NCBI GenBank assembly: GCA_964397575.1
Contig: CAYNJK010000001.1
Location: 1-41,398 of the forward strand
Direction: 5' to 3'
DNA length: 41,398 bases
Origin: an uncultured Saprospiraceae bacterium
GTDB taxonomy: Bacteria > Bacteroidota > Bacteroidia > Chitinophagales > Saprospiraceae
Shown: one piece after another, positions 16,018 to 25,711 of the stretch
Layout of the letters: the number at the start of each line of letters is the position of its first letter
How positions within the stretch are numbered: the stretch's first letter is position 1
The notes under the pieces: model-generated
Told to the model about the DNA's origin: nothing
Database searches by the model: none
What the model saw: only the letters and a program-made list of their open reading frames with translations
Program-made: the position numbers and the translations under genes

Positions 16018-17934
16018 CTATTTTACAATACTGAGCTGCCTCAGGACTTGTCTATCGCCTATTTCTAATTTCAACAAGTAAGGACCTGCTTCGATCTTAC
16101 CCAATGAAATAGAATGATGATGAACTTTATCTGTAGCTAAGGTGCCATGCTTTACTACTTGTCCGATAGCATTAAGTAGGCTGTAGTTAGCTGACTCTGC
16201 TTCTTCGAGTTCCAGAGTCATAGTTATCTGCTCAGAGGCAGGATTTGGAAATAAGAGGAGAGATTCAGTTTCACTTAGTTCCTCTACGGACACCAGACCA
16301 TCTATCTCTATGTTATCTAAGTAAAGCATGTTCCCCCAACCAGAGGTGAAAAAATATCTAATAATGACCTCTTGCCCAGCAAAATCTTGCAAGTCTATAA
16401 GCTCAGAAGCCCACTGGTCTGGTTCTGGAATAAAATCTGTGAGTTGATCTGGTCCTGTCGCTAGTTCACTGCCAGACTTGTCCCATAGAGTCTGATAAGT
16501 CTCTCCACAGTCGGTAGAAATCTGAACTTCCATCCTGTCCTGTGACTGTCTAAAAGTAGCAGAAGCATAATCAAAAGTCATAATTGCACCTTGTGGAAGC
16601 AGAATTTTGTCTCCGAAGGTCATTGTGCCTTCTGGCTCAAAAATCAATGTATTCCACGCAGTAAAGTCTACTCTCAGTGAAGACTCTGATTCCGCATAGG
16701 CCCCGAAAGGATCCTGCAGGATTTCTTCTCCATTGATAACTACGACAGTGGTAGGTATATTACTTACTAATAGATTGTCAGCGATCTGTCCTGTGGCAAC
16801 ATCTTCAAAGTCTATATCATAACCACTTACAAGTTCAGAACTCAAATTTTCAAAGGCCAAAGTAGAGCTCAGATTGTCATGCGTTCTCAGGTCTCCACCA
16901 GCTACGGATAAGGTATAATGTACATGTGAAGTATAGTCAGGCAAACTGACTGGTGAGAAATCTATCTGTGCAGATGCCCCTCCGACTAAGGTTTGATTTT
17001 CCGTTACAGTCTGCTCCAGCTGACCATCTATGAATAGGTTAGCGGTAATGGATGATACCGTTACATCAGAGCTATTATTAACTTCTATGCTCGGTGTATA
17101 TTCTTTTATACATATCGAGGGGTTGTCAGTATTGTAACTGGTTATTGCCAAGTCTGCTATAGCTCCCGTTGCTAAGTTGGGCTCTGAGTACGCGGCATTA
17201 TGTATTTCTTGGGTGCTGTCATCTTGTACAAAGGCCACAACTCCCAGTGTCCTTGAATCATATACTGTAAAGGGAATTACAGACTCACTTATAACAAATT
17301 CTCTGGAAGAGCCTGCTTCTATAGCACCTGTACTAATGCCTGCTGCACCCATCAAAAAAGATTTCATCACAGCTTCGAATTCCGTAAGAAAGGTACTGCC
17401 AGGTGGCTGATCCCAAACGACCTCTTCTTCAGTCAGAACCGCTCTGAGGGTGCCACCAGGATAGTCAGTCTGACCTTCATTTATAACAACTATAGTAGTA
17501 CTTACCTTAGCCAAGTCAGCTGAAAGTTCATGCTCTACAGTAACCAATATCGGAGAATCTACAGCAGTTCTCTGATCTATTTCATCTTGCGTTACCAGCT
17601 CGAAGACACTGCTGTTTCCAACCGTCTTTGCACCATCCAGCTGGACATTAGGAATACCTACTATGCCGTAATAGTTAGCTCTAGTTTGTACATCTTGTGG
17701 ATTATCCGCATTCATAGGGTCTATCCCAGGGGTGCTTGCATGATATCTGATTTGTACCATGTCACCTACATTGTTTTCCAGGATCTGGTTCAGGGCTGGT
17801 GTCGTCCTTTCGCAAGGGGCACAGGAGGCCTGAGTAAACTCTTCCATAAGTAGCGTCCTTTTGGATTGCGCATCAGTATTGACAGCCACTATGGCGAAAG
17901 AAATTACAAATAGAAGGCTTGGAAAAAATTTCAT
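16018..17934 (-). CDS. T9SS type A cargo: Omp28-related thioredoxin-like N-terminal domain plus a distal jelly-roll-like module
   Basis: Signal peptide present. N-terminal module: LLMEEFTQASCAPCERTTPAL (CxxC). Distal module: DRMEVQISTDCGETYQTLWD…DLQDFAGQEVIIRYFF…LYLDNIEI. C-terminus: LLFPNPASEQITMTL…GPYLLKLEIGDRQVLRQLSIVK. Confidence 0.75.
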   Translation of the reverse strand: MKFFPSLLFVISFAIVAVNTDAQSKRTLLMEEFTQASCAPCERTTPALNQILENNVGDMVQIRYHASTPGIDPMNADNPQDVQTRANYYGIVGIPNVQLDGAKTVGNSSVFELVTQDEIDQRTAVDSPILVTVEHELSADLAKVSTTIVVINEGQTDYPGGTLRAVLTEEEVVWDQPPGSTFLTEFEAVMKSFLMGAAGISTGAIEAGSSREFVISESVIPFTVYDSRTLGVVAFVQDDSTQEIHNAAYSEPNLATGAIADLAITSYNTDNPSICIKEYTPSIEVNNSSDVTVSSITANLFIDGQLEQTVTENQTLVGGASAQIDFSPVSLPDYTSHVHYTLSVAGGDLRTHDNLSSTLAFENLSSELVSGYDIDFEDVATGQIADNLLVSNIPTTVVVINGEEILQDPFGAYAESESSLRVDFTAWNTLIFEPEGTMTFGDKILLPQGAIMTFDYASATFRQSQDRMEVQISTDCGETYQTLWDKSGSELATGPDQLTDFIPEPDQWASELIDLQDFAGQEVIIRYFFTSGWGNMLYLDNIEIDGLVSVEELSETESLLLFPNPASEQITMTLELEEAESANYSLLNAIGQVVKHGTLATDKVHHHSISLGKIEAGPYLLKLEIGDRQVLRQLSIVK

Positions 17935-18195
17935 CGGGTATTATACAGTTAAAAATAAATCAATAGAAAATTAAACAAAAAACAAAAAACTGACCACTCG
18001 ACGCTTGGTTAAAAGGCCATCCATAATACCTGTAGTCCTGAGTACGACAGACTATTCTTTGATCTCATAGGTGGCAGCTTTGACATTTTTGGTTCCAAAT
18101 AAATATTGTTTGTATATATTTATTTTTCATTTGTAATCTTCAGAATACAAAAGGCTTACAACTATTTTATTTGTTCACTTAATGAATGGTAGACT

Positions 18196-19062
18196 TTGGA
18201 GGGAATTAAATTGTCATTATTAGAAGCATTTATAGCTGCTTCACTCAGAGAAGATGTAAAAGATGGGGACCATACCTCATTAGCTTGTATAGATCCTGCG
18301 GCTACGGACACTGCTAAATTATTGGTTAAAGACGAAGGCATTATCGCTGGCATTGACTTCGCGGAGTACGTGTTTAAAAAGTTGGATCCTGAATGCACCT
18401 TTGATAGGAAGATTACAGATGGCACTAAGGTCAGTCATGGCGATATCGCCTTCGAAATCACCACTGGTTCGCAAAAATTGCTCATGGGAGAACGTCTGGT
18501 ACTGAATACCATGCAAAGACTGAGTGGTGTTGCCAGTATGGCTCGAAAATTTGCAGAATTGGTAGAAGACTTGCCTGTCACTATCCTAGATACTAGAAAG
18601 ACGACACCTCTTATGAGATTTCTGGAAAAATGGGCTGTCAGAGTAGGCGGTTGTACAAACTACAGAGACGGACTGTATGATTGGATAATGATCAAAGACA
18701 ACCATGTAGATGCGTCTGGAGGCATTGTAAAAGCTATACAGAAAGTACAAGCTTATCTAGTAGATAATAACAAAGAATTAGGTATTACGGTAGAAACAAG
18801 AAACTTGCAAGAGTTAGAAGAGGTACTGTCTATAGGTGGCATTACCAGGATCATGTTGGATAATTTTGACTTGGAAACACTTAGAAAAGCTGTAAAAATT
18901 ATTGATAAGCGTTTTGAAGCGGAGGCCTCTGGTGGTGTCAATCTTAAGACTGTTAGAGCTATAGCAGAAACAGGTGTGGACTACATCTCTGTAGGTGCAC
19001 TGACGCATTCCGCCGGCTCCCTTGATATGAGTCTCAAAATAAAGAAAGAATCTAATTCTTAA
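18196..19062 (+). CDS. nadC: nicotinate-nucleotide diphosphorylase (carboxylating) / quinolinate phosphoribosyltransferase
   Basis: 288 aa with LREDVKDGDHTS, ILDTRKTTPLMR, GGCTNYRDGLYD…IKDNH and ASGGVNLKTV motifs. Only TTG starts are available (18196 or 18211). Confidence 0.9.
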   Translation: MEGIKLSLLEAFIAASLREDVKDGDHTSLACIDPAATDTAKLLVKDEGIIAGIDFAEYVFKKLDPECTFDRKITDGTKVSHGDIAFEITTGSQKLLMGERLVLNTMQRLSGVASMARKFAELVEDLPVTILDTRKTTPLMRFLEKWAVRVGGCTNYRDGLYDWIMIKDNHVDASGGIVKAIQKVQAYLVDNNKELGITVETRNLQELEEVLSIGGITRIMLDNFDLETLRKAVKIIDKRFEAEASGGVNLKTVRAIAETGVDYISVGALTHSAGSLDMSLKIKKESNS

Positions 19063-19092
19063 TTTCAGAGACATTCTGGTATAAAAAAGGAT

Positions 19093-19126
19093 GAGGTTAT
19101 CAAAATCGTCAAATTCTGATAACCTC
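19093..19126 (-). terminator. hairpin with a following T tract on the minus strand (possible terminator)
   Basis: GAGGTTATCA…TGATAACCTC forms a 10-bp stem with a 14-nt loop. The plus-strand AAAAAA before it becomes a T tract after it on the minus strand. Confidence 0.4.
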
Positions 19127-19154
19127 AATAAAAAAGGTGTTTGTTTGTCTTTTT

Positions 19155-19352
19155 CTAGCTTGGGTAACTCATAATTAAGAAACTAATAAGCATAACAGAA
19201 AAAAGTAACACCAACCAGAATCTTAGATCTGTGAGCACATTTTGATCGCCATCACGAATCATGATAAAGTCGGTTTTGGTTAGTAAATGAGTAATGCATT
19301 GAGTATAAGTAATAAGTATGCTTGTTAGATACCAAATAGGATACCATAACAA
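19155..19352 (-). CDS. hypothetical small membrane protein (65 aa, two hydrophobic segments)
   Basis: ATG-initiated ORF followed by the 19093..19126 hairpin. No family recognised. Weak call. Confidence 0.3.
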   Translation of the reverse strand: MLWYPIWYLTSILITYTQCITHLLTKTDFIMIRDGDQNVLTDLRFWLVLLFSVMLISFLIMSYPS

Positions 19353-19572
19353 TAATGTAATATATGAAGTCTACACCTTGTAATTAGATGATTTTGAGGT
19401 AGTTATGGCATGGTCATTTTTCCTTATCTATTAAGCCTTGATAACTGCTTGCTTATAGATGAATCATATAGAGAATGTCTATGATAACATGAGAAAAAGT
19501 ATCTGAAAAATACCCAAAACATTTATGTGAAATTCAGCATCTGCCCCAAACGAATGGCCTAACTGATAAGGA

Positions 19573-20610
19573 CTAAGCTTCAGCCTTTACCAACTGCTTT
19601 TTTATTGCCTTGACTAATGAAGGGCCAGAATAGACCATTCCAGAGTAGACTTGGACCAAATCTGCACCTGCTTTCAGCATATCTATAGCATGCTGGGGCT
19701 CCGTGATTCCACCGACGCCTATGATCGTGAGTTGTGGGCTTTTCGTTCTTATATATCGGACCACTTCTAAGGATCTTTTCCTTACTGGCAATCCACTAAG
19801 GCCGCCATTACCTATTTCCTTGATAGTATCAGCTGGAGTTTGTAGGCCTTCTCTAGAGATAGTAGTATTTGTTGCTATAATACCATCTACTTTCTGTGAT
19901 TCTAATATATCAAGGACATCATCTATCTGAGCTTCATTGAGGTCTGGAGCTATCTTAAGAAGCACTGGTACTTTTCTTTCTTTGGTAGCCCTTAGATTCA
20001 TTATATGGGCCAATAGTCGCGTCAGCGGTTCTTTGTCTTGCAAGGATCTGAGATCAGGAGTATTGGGAGAGCTGACATTGACCACAAAATAGTCTACCAG
20101 ATGATACAACTTGTGAAAACATTGCTCGTAATCGTCTATGGCTTGTTCATTTGGAGTGACCTTATTCTTTCCGATATTACCTCCTACGATAAGTCCTTTC
20201 TTGCCGTATTTTTCTAAACGAGCAACCATGGCATCTACGCCTTCATTGTTAAAACCCATCCTGTTTATTAAGCCTTGGTCTTTGGGTAGTCTGAATAATC
20301 TGGGTTGTGGATTCCCAGACTGACCTACCGGAGTCACTGTGCCGATTTCAACAAAACCAAAACCCAGCGCAGCCATACTTTTATAATACTTGCCATCTTT
20401 ATCAAATCCGGCAGCAAGACCTACAGGGTTAGGGAATTTTATACCTAGTACTTCTTTTTCCAATGAGGGGTGGTCCCAAGAATAAATGCTTCTGACCATA
20501 CTTCCTACGATTGGAAGAGCAAGAAGTATTCTAAACAACGTAGACGTCAACTTATGAGCCCGCTCTGCTGGAAGTAAGAAAAGCAGGGGTTTCAAGAAGG
20601 TTTTGTACAC
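19573..20610 (-). CDS. pyrD: dihydroorotate dehydrogenase (quinone), class 2
   Basis: 345 aa with a hydrophobic N-terminal extension. Motifs seen: GLAAGFDKDG, GFVEIGTVTP, RMGFNNEG, NVSSPNTP and GVGGI. The GTG start directly abuts the upstream stop (TAAGTG). Confidence 0.93.
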   Translation of the reverse strand: MYKTFLKPLLFLLPAERAHKLTSTLFRILLALPIVGSMVRSIYSWDHPSLEKEVLGIKFPNPVGLAAGFDKDGKYYKSMAALGFGFVEIGTVTPVGQSGNPQPRLFRLPKDQGLINRMGFNNEGVDAMVARLEKYGKKGLIVGGNIGKNKVTPNEQAIDDYEQCFHKLYHLVDYFVVNVSSPNTPDLRSLQDKEPLTRLLAHIMNLRATKERKVPVLLKIAPDLNEAQIDDVLDILESQKVDGIIATNTTISREGLQTPADTIKEIGNGGLSGLPVRKRSLEVVRYIRTKSPQLTIIGVGGITEPQHAIDMLKAGADLVQVYSGMVYSGPSLVKAIKKQLVKAEA

Positions 20611-21297
20611 TTATTTTATTTCAGCTGTGAGTTTTTCTAAATCTCTCACAAGTAAGCGTTTTCTGTTGAATGTTAATATATCCGCAGACCTTAATTCATT
20701 AAGGACCGTGGTTACAGTCTGTCTTGAAGTAGCTGTTAGGTTGGCTATTTCCTGATGCGTTATGAAATTCCTCACTACCCATTCATAACCTACTCTTTGA
20801 CCTCTCTTCTTGACCAGTTCCTGAATAAACTCTACAATCCTACTTCTGGAATCTTTAAAGACTAGTGACTCCAGTCTGTTTTCCATTTCTAGGACTTTGG
20901 AGCCCATCATCTTCATGAAAAACATGCTGAGACTACCATGATCCTTGATCAGAGTATTGAGGCTATTGGACTCTATGGTGCAAAGTTTGGCTTCTTCTAC
21001 AGCTATAGCATAATCTCTCCTCTTAGTTTCTCCAACCAAGGATAGCTCACCGAATACTTCGCCAGGGCTAAGAATAGCTTTTATAATTTCTTTGCCATCA
21101 TCTGAAGACGATCCGATTTTTATCCTTCCCTCTACAAGGAAGTAGATAAGATCGCTTTTGTCTTCAGGCAAATAGACGTAGTCTCCTTTTTTTACAAGTT
21201 TTAGGTGATCCGTTTTCTGGTGCTCGCCAAATTTGCCTGGACATAAAATTTTACCGACGTCTAAGTTTTCCAAATACCATATTGAATTATCTTTCAT
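20611..21297 (-). CDS. Crp/Fnr-family transcriptional regulator
   Basis: 228 aa with a cNMP-binding beta-roll (…GEVFGELSLVGE…RRDYAIAVEE…). The C-terminal HTH is THQEIANLTATSRQTVTTVLNELR. Confidence 0.85.
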   Translation of the reverse strand: MKDNSIWYLENLDVGKILCPGKFGEHQKTDHLKLVKKGDYVYLPEDKSDLIYFLVEGRIKIGSSSDDGKEIIKAILSPGEVFGELSLVGETKRRDYAIAVEEAKLCTIESNSLNTLIKDHGSLSMFFMKMMGSKVLEMENRLESLVFKDSRSRIVEFIQELVKKRGQRVGYEWVVRNFITHQEIANLTATSRQTVTTVLNELRSADILTFNRKRLLVRDLEKLTAEIK

Positions 21298-21307
21298 AAT
21301 GGTGTAT

Positions 21308-23062
21308 TTATTGTGGTTTTAATCTAAACTTATCATAGAAAGGTCCAAAATCTTGATTTGTTTTTTTAAACAATTCTATCTTTTCGATAGTAGACAAGAC
21401 CTTAGTCTTTTCTGGTACTTTATAGTCGGGGAAGGCACTTAATTCGACTCTAAATAAAATTTCTAATTCTCTTGCAGGGTATCTATTTCTAATTTCTTCA
21501 ATAAGTTTTAAATCCTGCTTTAACATCTCAAGGTATATCTCAGTTGGTGTCAAAATCTTCAGCTGATCACCGCTCAATTCTACCTTAGTATTGTCTATTG
21601 CAGTTTTAAACGAATTATACTTAGACTTGTTCTTCCATTCTTGAAGAATTGATGTAATATATTTTACAGTAAAGGGGCTAACAGTATTTTTCTTAACAGT
21701 TTCTTCCTCTGCAATTTCTGCTACCAACTGGTCTATATCCGCAGAAATACTAGGTGTCAGAGATAAATATTTCTTTTTTACCGTGGCTCGAGTCTCAGTT
21801 TTTTTTACCTTTTCTTTAACGTGTTCTTGAGACTCTTTTTGGTCAATAGGCTTTGTCTTACTAACCTTAGAGTCGATTGTGTTTTTAAAATTTACTGAAC
21901 TGACAGTTGCAGACTGAGGCGTTTGTTGCGGTTTTTCTGCCCTTGACTTAGCTAGACTTTTTTTTTCTACAACCCTGTTCATGTAAGCCATCTTACTGAG
22001 ACCTATTTCCATCGTCAGTCTCTTATTCTGGGATCTGACTAGGTTTAAATCTGCCTTTTCGACTATAGAAAGTGAGGAAAGCAAAAAAGATGAACTGGCC
22101 AAAAGGGCTTGATTCTCGTAGCGTTGCATCAGACTTTCGCTTATCTCCATAAGTTTTGCAGTCTGGATATCCTTTACCAAAAGCAATTGTCTTAAATGAC
22201 CTAACAAGCCCAGAGTAAATTGTTCCACCTCAAAACCATTCCGAACAATTTCATCAAACTTCAGCATTATAGCTGGAAAGTCTTCCTTTATAGCTGCATC
22301 TACAATCTCAAAGTAGTAGTCATGGTCTAGTACATTCAGGTTACTGGCTACATCCTTATAACTTATAGGTCCCTCAATAGTACTGACTATCTTATCGTAG
22401 ATAGATAAAGCATCTCTCATGGCTCCATCTGCTTTCTGACCTATGAGATGCAAGGCTTCTTCATCAAACTCTCTTTGCTCCTTTTTAGCAATCTCTCTTA
22501 TCTGGGTAACAATATCCTTTACCTGAATCCTTCTAAAATCAAAAATCTGACATCGAGATAGGATAGTCGGAATTATCTTGTGTTTTTCTGTAGTAGCAAG
22601 TATAAACTTTGCATAGGGCGGTGGCTCTTCCAAAGTCTTCAGAAAAGCATTGAAAGCAGCCTGTGAGAGCATATGTACCTCATCTATGATATAGATCTTG
22701 TAGGATCCTTGTTGTGGCTGGAACCTGACTTGATCATTGAGAGATCTTATATGATCCACACTATTATTAGAAGCTGCATCTAGCTCGAAAATATTAAAAG
22801 AGGCATTATCATTGAAAGAAGTACAGGCCCCACATTCACCACAAGCATGAAATTCTGGACTTAAGTTCTGACAGTTAAGTACTCGAGCAAGGATTCTCGC
22901 CGAGGTTGTTTTGCCTACGCCTCTTGGACCAGAAAATAGAAATGCATGGGCAAGTTTGTCATTTTTAATGGCATTTCTAAGGGTAGTAGCTATATGATCT
23001 TGACCTATAAGCTCGTCGAAATTTTGGGGTCGATATTTTCTAGCAGATACTACGAAACTCAT
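21308..23062 (-). CDS. dnaX: DNA polymerase III subunit gamma/tau
   Basis: Walker A GPRGVGKTT, a Zn module CQNLSPEFHACGECGAC, DEVHML, the SRC motif (ILSRCQ), and a long low-complexity tau C-terminus. Confidence 0.93.
   Translation of the reverse strand: MSFVVSARKYRPQNFDELIGQDHIATTLRNAIKNDKLAHAFLFSGPRGVGKTTSARILARVLNCQNLSPEFHACGECGACTSFNDNASFNIFELDAASNNSVDHIRSLNDQVRFQPQQGSYKIYIIDEVHMLSQAAFNAFLKTLEEPPPYAKFILATTEKHKIIPTILSRCQIFDFRRIQVKDIVTQIREIAKKEQREFDEEALHLIGQKADGAMRDALSIYDKIVSTIEGPISYKDVASNLNVLDHDYYFEIVDAAIKEDFPAIMLKFDEIVRNGFEVEQFTLGLLGHLRQLLLVKDIQTAKLMEISESLMQRYENQALLASSSFLLSSLSIVEKADLNLVRSQNKRLTMEIGLSKMAYMNRVVEKKSLAKSRAEKPQQTPQSATVSSVNFKNTIDSKVSKTKPIDQKESQEHVKEKVKKTETRATVKKKYLSLTPSISADIDQLVAEIAEEETVKKNTVSPFTVKYITSILQEWKNKSKYNSFKTAIDNTKVELSGDQLKILTPTEIYLEMLKQDLKLIEEIRNRYPARELEILFRVELSAFPDYKVPEKTKVLSTIEKIELFKKTNQDFGPFYDKFRLKPQ
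21958..21966 (-). promoter_or_regulatory. A9 homopolymer inside dnaX (candidate recoding or transcriptional-slippage site)
   Basis: The minus strand reads GTA GAA AAA AAA AGT CTA GCT AAG at codons ~365-372. The -1 frame gives AAG TCT AGC TAA. The +1 frame gives GTC TAG. Confidence 0.4.
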
Positions 23063-23314
23063 ATAATCATGGCTTGGCAGCTAAGATATAACCAAATCTG
23101 ATATATATTAAGATTCGGCTTTCATCAATTATGCACAAGAAAGGCTACTTGTGTTAGAAAAAAGTGGTTATTATATTCCTTTTTCCTCGATTCGTTAAGA
23201 AATATCTAAAATCTGGTCATCGTAAAAAATTTAACATTCTACTCATAGGGGTAATAAAACTATGAGTTGTCTAGCTGGTGAGAAGACTCGTTAATAACAC
23301 CTTTAAATAACTCA

Positions 23315-25711
23315 ATGCGTTCGCAAAATATATTTTGCATGGCAATGTTCTATTGCCTCCTAAGCATTTCCACCTATGCCAATGACTCGATTGTAATAGA
23401 TAGTTTCACTTTGGTCCAAGAGACTTGTGAACTTTCTAATGGACAGCTTACTGTGCATGTTCCAGGAAACACTGCTGGCCTTACCTATTCCCATGACAAC
23501 GGACTTACCTTTCAAGATTCAAATGTTTTTAGTGGATTAAGTAGTGGAGACTACCTAGTTGTCGTTACAGATGGTGATTGCAGAGTAAAAAAGTCTGCAC
23601 AAATAGGAAATGCACCAAATCCTACAATGAATCTTGTAGGAGATTGTATAGCTGGTGTAAATAGAATACAAATAGTACCTGAGGTAAATGGAGGCATACG
23701 GCCCTACTCTTATCAATGGGAAGGTCCTAACAATAGTACATATTCTGATAGTGAACTCACTTCAGTTATTCCTGGAACCTATCATCTTACGCTTACAGAT
23801 GCCTTAGGCTGTTTCATTTTAGACAGTATCACTTTTGACCTTTGTTGTGTACTAGATCTGAGTTGTTCACTAGTAGATGAAAACATGCAATGCGCCAACG
23901 CATTACCAGAAATACCTACTGTCTTTACAACTAATCTAAGCAAGGATGAAACTATAGAAGAGCTTGCTCTATTGGGTATAGATCTTATCGCGACTGGCTG
24001 TGGTGACCTTAGTGTTATTATAAATGATAGTTCTAATAATCCTACAGATTGCTCGCAGAGTGCGCTAACTGTGACTAGGGAATATATAATTGAAGACAGC
24101 CATAGTTCTGTGAGTTGTTTACAAGAGTTTACAGTGGACAATTTTGTGCCTGCCAGCCTGGTGTCTAGTGCCATAGACGGAAATAGTAAGTGCAATGCCG
24201 ATATACAAGCAGAGTTTCAGCAATGGCTAGAAGACTTAGGAGGCATGCAATATGAGGCTTGCTCAGATCCGCTGATATTCACTATGAACCCAGCAAACCC
24301 AGACATAGATGAGACTTGTGGCGCTTTCTCTACAGTAAGCTTTATTATAGAGGATGGTTGTGGAAATATAGTGGAAAGTAGTGCCACCTATACTATCATC
24401 GATGATGAAAGTCCAGCTATTTTCTGTCCTTCTAATCTGGTAATTACATCCGTAGACAGTACTCTGAGTCAAAAGATTGAAGAATGGAAAGCGGAAGCAT
24501 CAGCTACAGACAATTGTACAACCACCCTATTGGTTACAGATGACTTAACTGCTGATTTTTCGGATCCTTGTAATCTGTCTGATATACCTGTATTATTTCA
24601 GACAGAAGATAATTGTGGGCTTCGCTCTGATTGCAATGCTACAATAGAGATAGACTTGGCAGCACCTGCTCTCAGCTGTCCATCTGATTTGGTAGTGGAA
24701 TGTATAGCTACTGACTTTGAAGACACCTTGCAAACGTGGTTAGATGAGATGAGAGCAAACACAGGATCTGATGCATTAGAAATAGACCTGCCTAGTGATT
24801 TTTCAGGTGCAACTTGCGATGAAATCTTTGAGGTAAATTTCTCAGTAATAAGCGACTGTTCACTTAATAGTAATTGTACATCTAGTATTATAGTCTCTGA
24901 TACACAGGCACCAGAAATAAACTGCCCAGATAATCTTGATATTATTATGGAAGACGGTGTTGATGTAGAAGCACAAGTTCTTAATTGGTTAGAGAGTGCT
25001 AATGCCTCTGATTGCAACACTAATAATATTACTTCTGACTTAATGCTAAACTTTTCAGAAGATCTTTGTTCAGAGAGTATTCCAGTTGTATTTGAGGCAA
25101 TTGATATTTGCGATAATACATCTACCTGCGAAAGGACCTTGACTATAGAAAACAATTCAGCTCTAAGTATAATTTGTCCTGAGCCTATGAGGATTAATTG
25201 TTCTGATCCTAACCTAAACAGGGAGGTCCAAGCATTTATCAACTCTATAATGGTCCTATCTACATCGAACACTTTCGAACAAACGATACTCTATGATGAA
25301 GAAAGTATCGAGGCGCTTTGCGAGGAAATGTCAATCATAGACATTAGTGCATTTGCTGATGACAGTTGTGGTCAATCTGCTGAATGTTTCACAGCCGTAC
25401 AATTGGTTCCAGAACCTCGAATTTATATTCCTAATGTGTTTTCTCCAGACAGAGATGGACTGAATGATAGATTTACAGGTTTTACCAATGGCTCTATAGA
25501 AAGCGTCAAGTCACTACAGATTTATGATCGTTGGGGGAATAAAGTATTTGAAAACTATGATTTCTTACCCAATGACGATAATGAAGGATGGGATGGTATA
25601 TTCAGAGGAAAAATGGTAGAAAATGATGTTTTTACCTACTACTTTGTATTTAATGACATTTTCGGCTCAGAAGTAGAGGAAGTGGGTACTGTCCAAGTTC
25701 TTAAAAGATAA
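23315..25711 (+). CDS. T9SS type B cargo (gliding-motility-associated / CHU_C C-terminal domain) with SprB-like repeats and Cys-rich HYR-like modules
   Basis: Signal peptide present. SprB-type repeats: GGIRPYSYQWEGPNN…GTYHLTLTDALGC. Modules are anchored by D-x-x-x-P-x-I-x-CP. C-terminus: YIPNVFSPDRDGLNDRF…LQIYDRWGNKVFE…GWDG…FRGK…VFTYYF. Confidence 0.85.
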   Translation: MRSQNIFCMAMFYCLLSISTYANDSIVIDSFTLVQETCELSNGQLTVHVPGNTAGLTYSHDNGLTFQDSNVFSGLSSGDYLVVVTDGDCRVKKSAQIGNAPNPTMNLVGDCIAGVNRIQIVPEVNGGIRPYSYQWEGPNNSTYSDSELTSVIPGTYHLTLTDALGCFILDSITFDLCCVLDLSCSLVDENMQCANALPEIPTVFTTNLSKDETIEELALLGIDLIATGCGDLSVIINDSSNNPTDCSQSALTVTREYIIEDSHSSVSCLQEFTVDNFVPASLVSSAIDGNSKCNADIQAEFQQWLEDLGGMQYEACSDPLIFTMNPANPDIDETCGAFSTVSFIIEDGCGNIVESSATYTIIDDESPAIFCPSNLVITSVDSTLSQKIEEWKAEASATDNCTTTLLVTDDLTADFSDPCNLSDIPVLFQTEDNCGLRSDCNATIEIDLAAPALSCPSDLVVECIATDFEDTLQTWLDEMRANTGSDALEIDLPSDFSGATCDEIFEVNFSVISDCSLNSNCTSSIIVSDTQAPEINCPDNLDIIMEDGVDVEAQVLNWLESANASDCNTNNITSDLMLNFSEDLCSESIPVVFEAIDICDNTSTCERTLTIENNSALSIICPEPMRINCSDPNLNREVQAFINSIMVLSTSNTFEQTILYDEESIEALCEEMSIIDISAFADDSCGQSAECFTAVQLVPEPRIYIPNVFSPDRDGLNDRFTGFTNGSIESVKSLQIYDRWGNKVFENYDFLPNDDNEGWDGIFRGKMVENDVFTYYFVFNDIFGSEVEEVGTVQVLKR

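Noticed and set aside
17935..18195. 261-nt divergent intergenic region upstream of nadC, checked for a riboswitch or sRNA
   Set aside because: I could not recognise any conserved riboswitch core or convincing stem architecture by eye. It is most likely just two divergent promoters.
21900..21957. Search for a stimulatory stem-loop downstream of the dnaX A9 tract
   Set aside because: Only short palindromes (for example TAGCTA) were seen, with no stable hairpin at the expected 5-8 nt spacing. I therefore do not claim an E. coli-type frameshift signal.
24598..25272. 224-aa minus-strand ORF inside the 798-aa cargo gene
   Set aside because: It is antisense to a gene with strong domain evidence. 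Its translation is low-complexity and Ser/Ile/Leu-rich, as expected from the reverse complement of an Asp/Glu/Asn-rich repeat gene.
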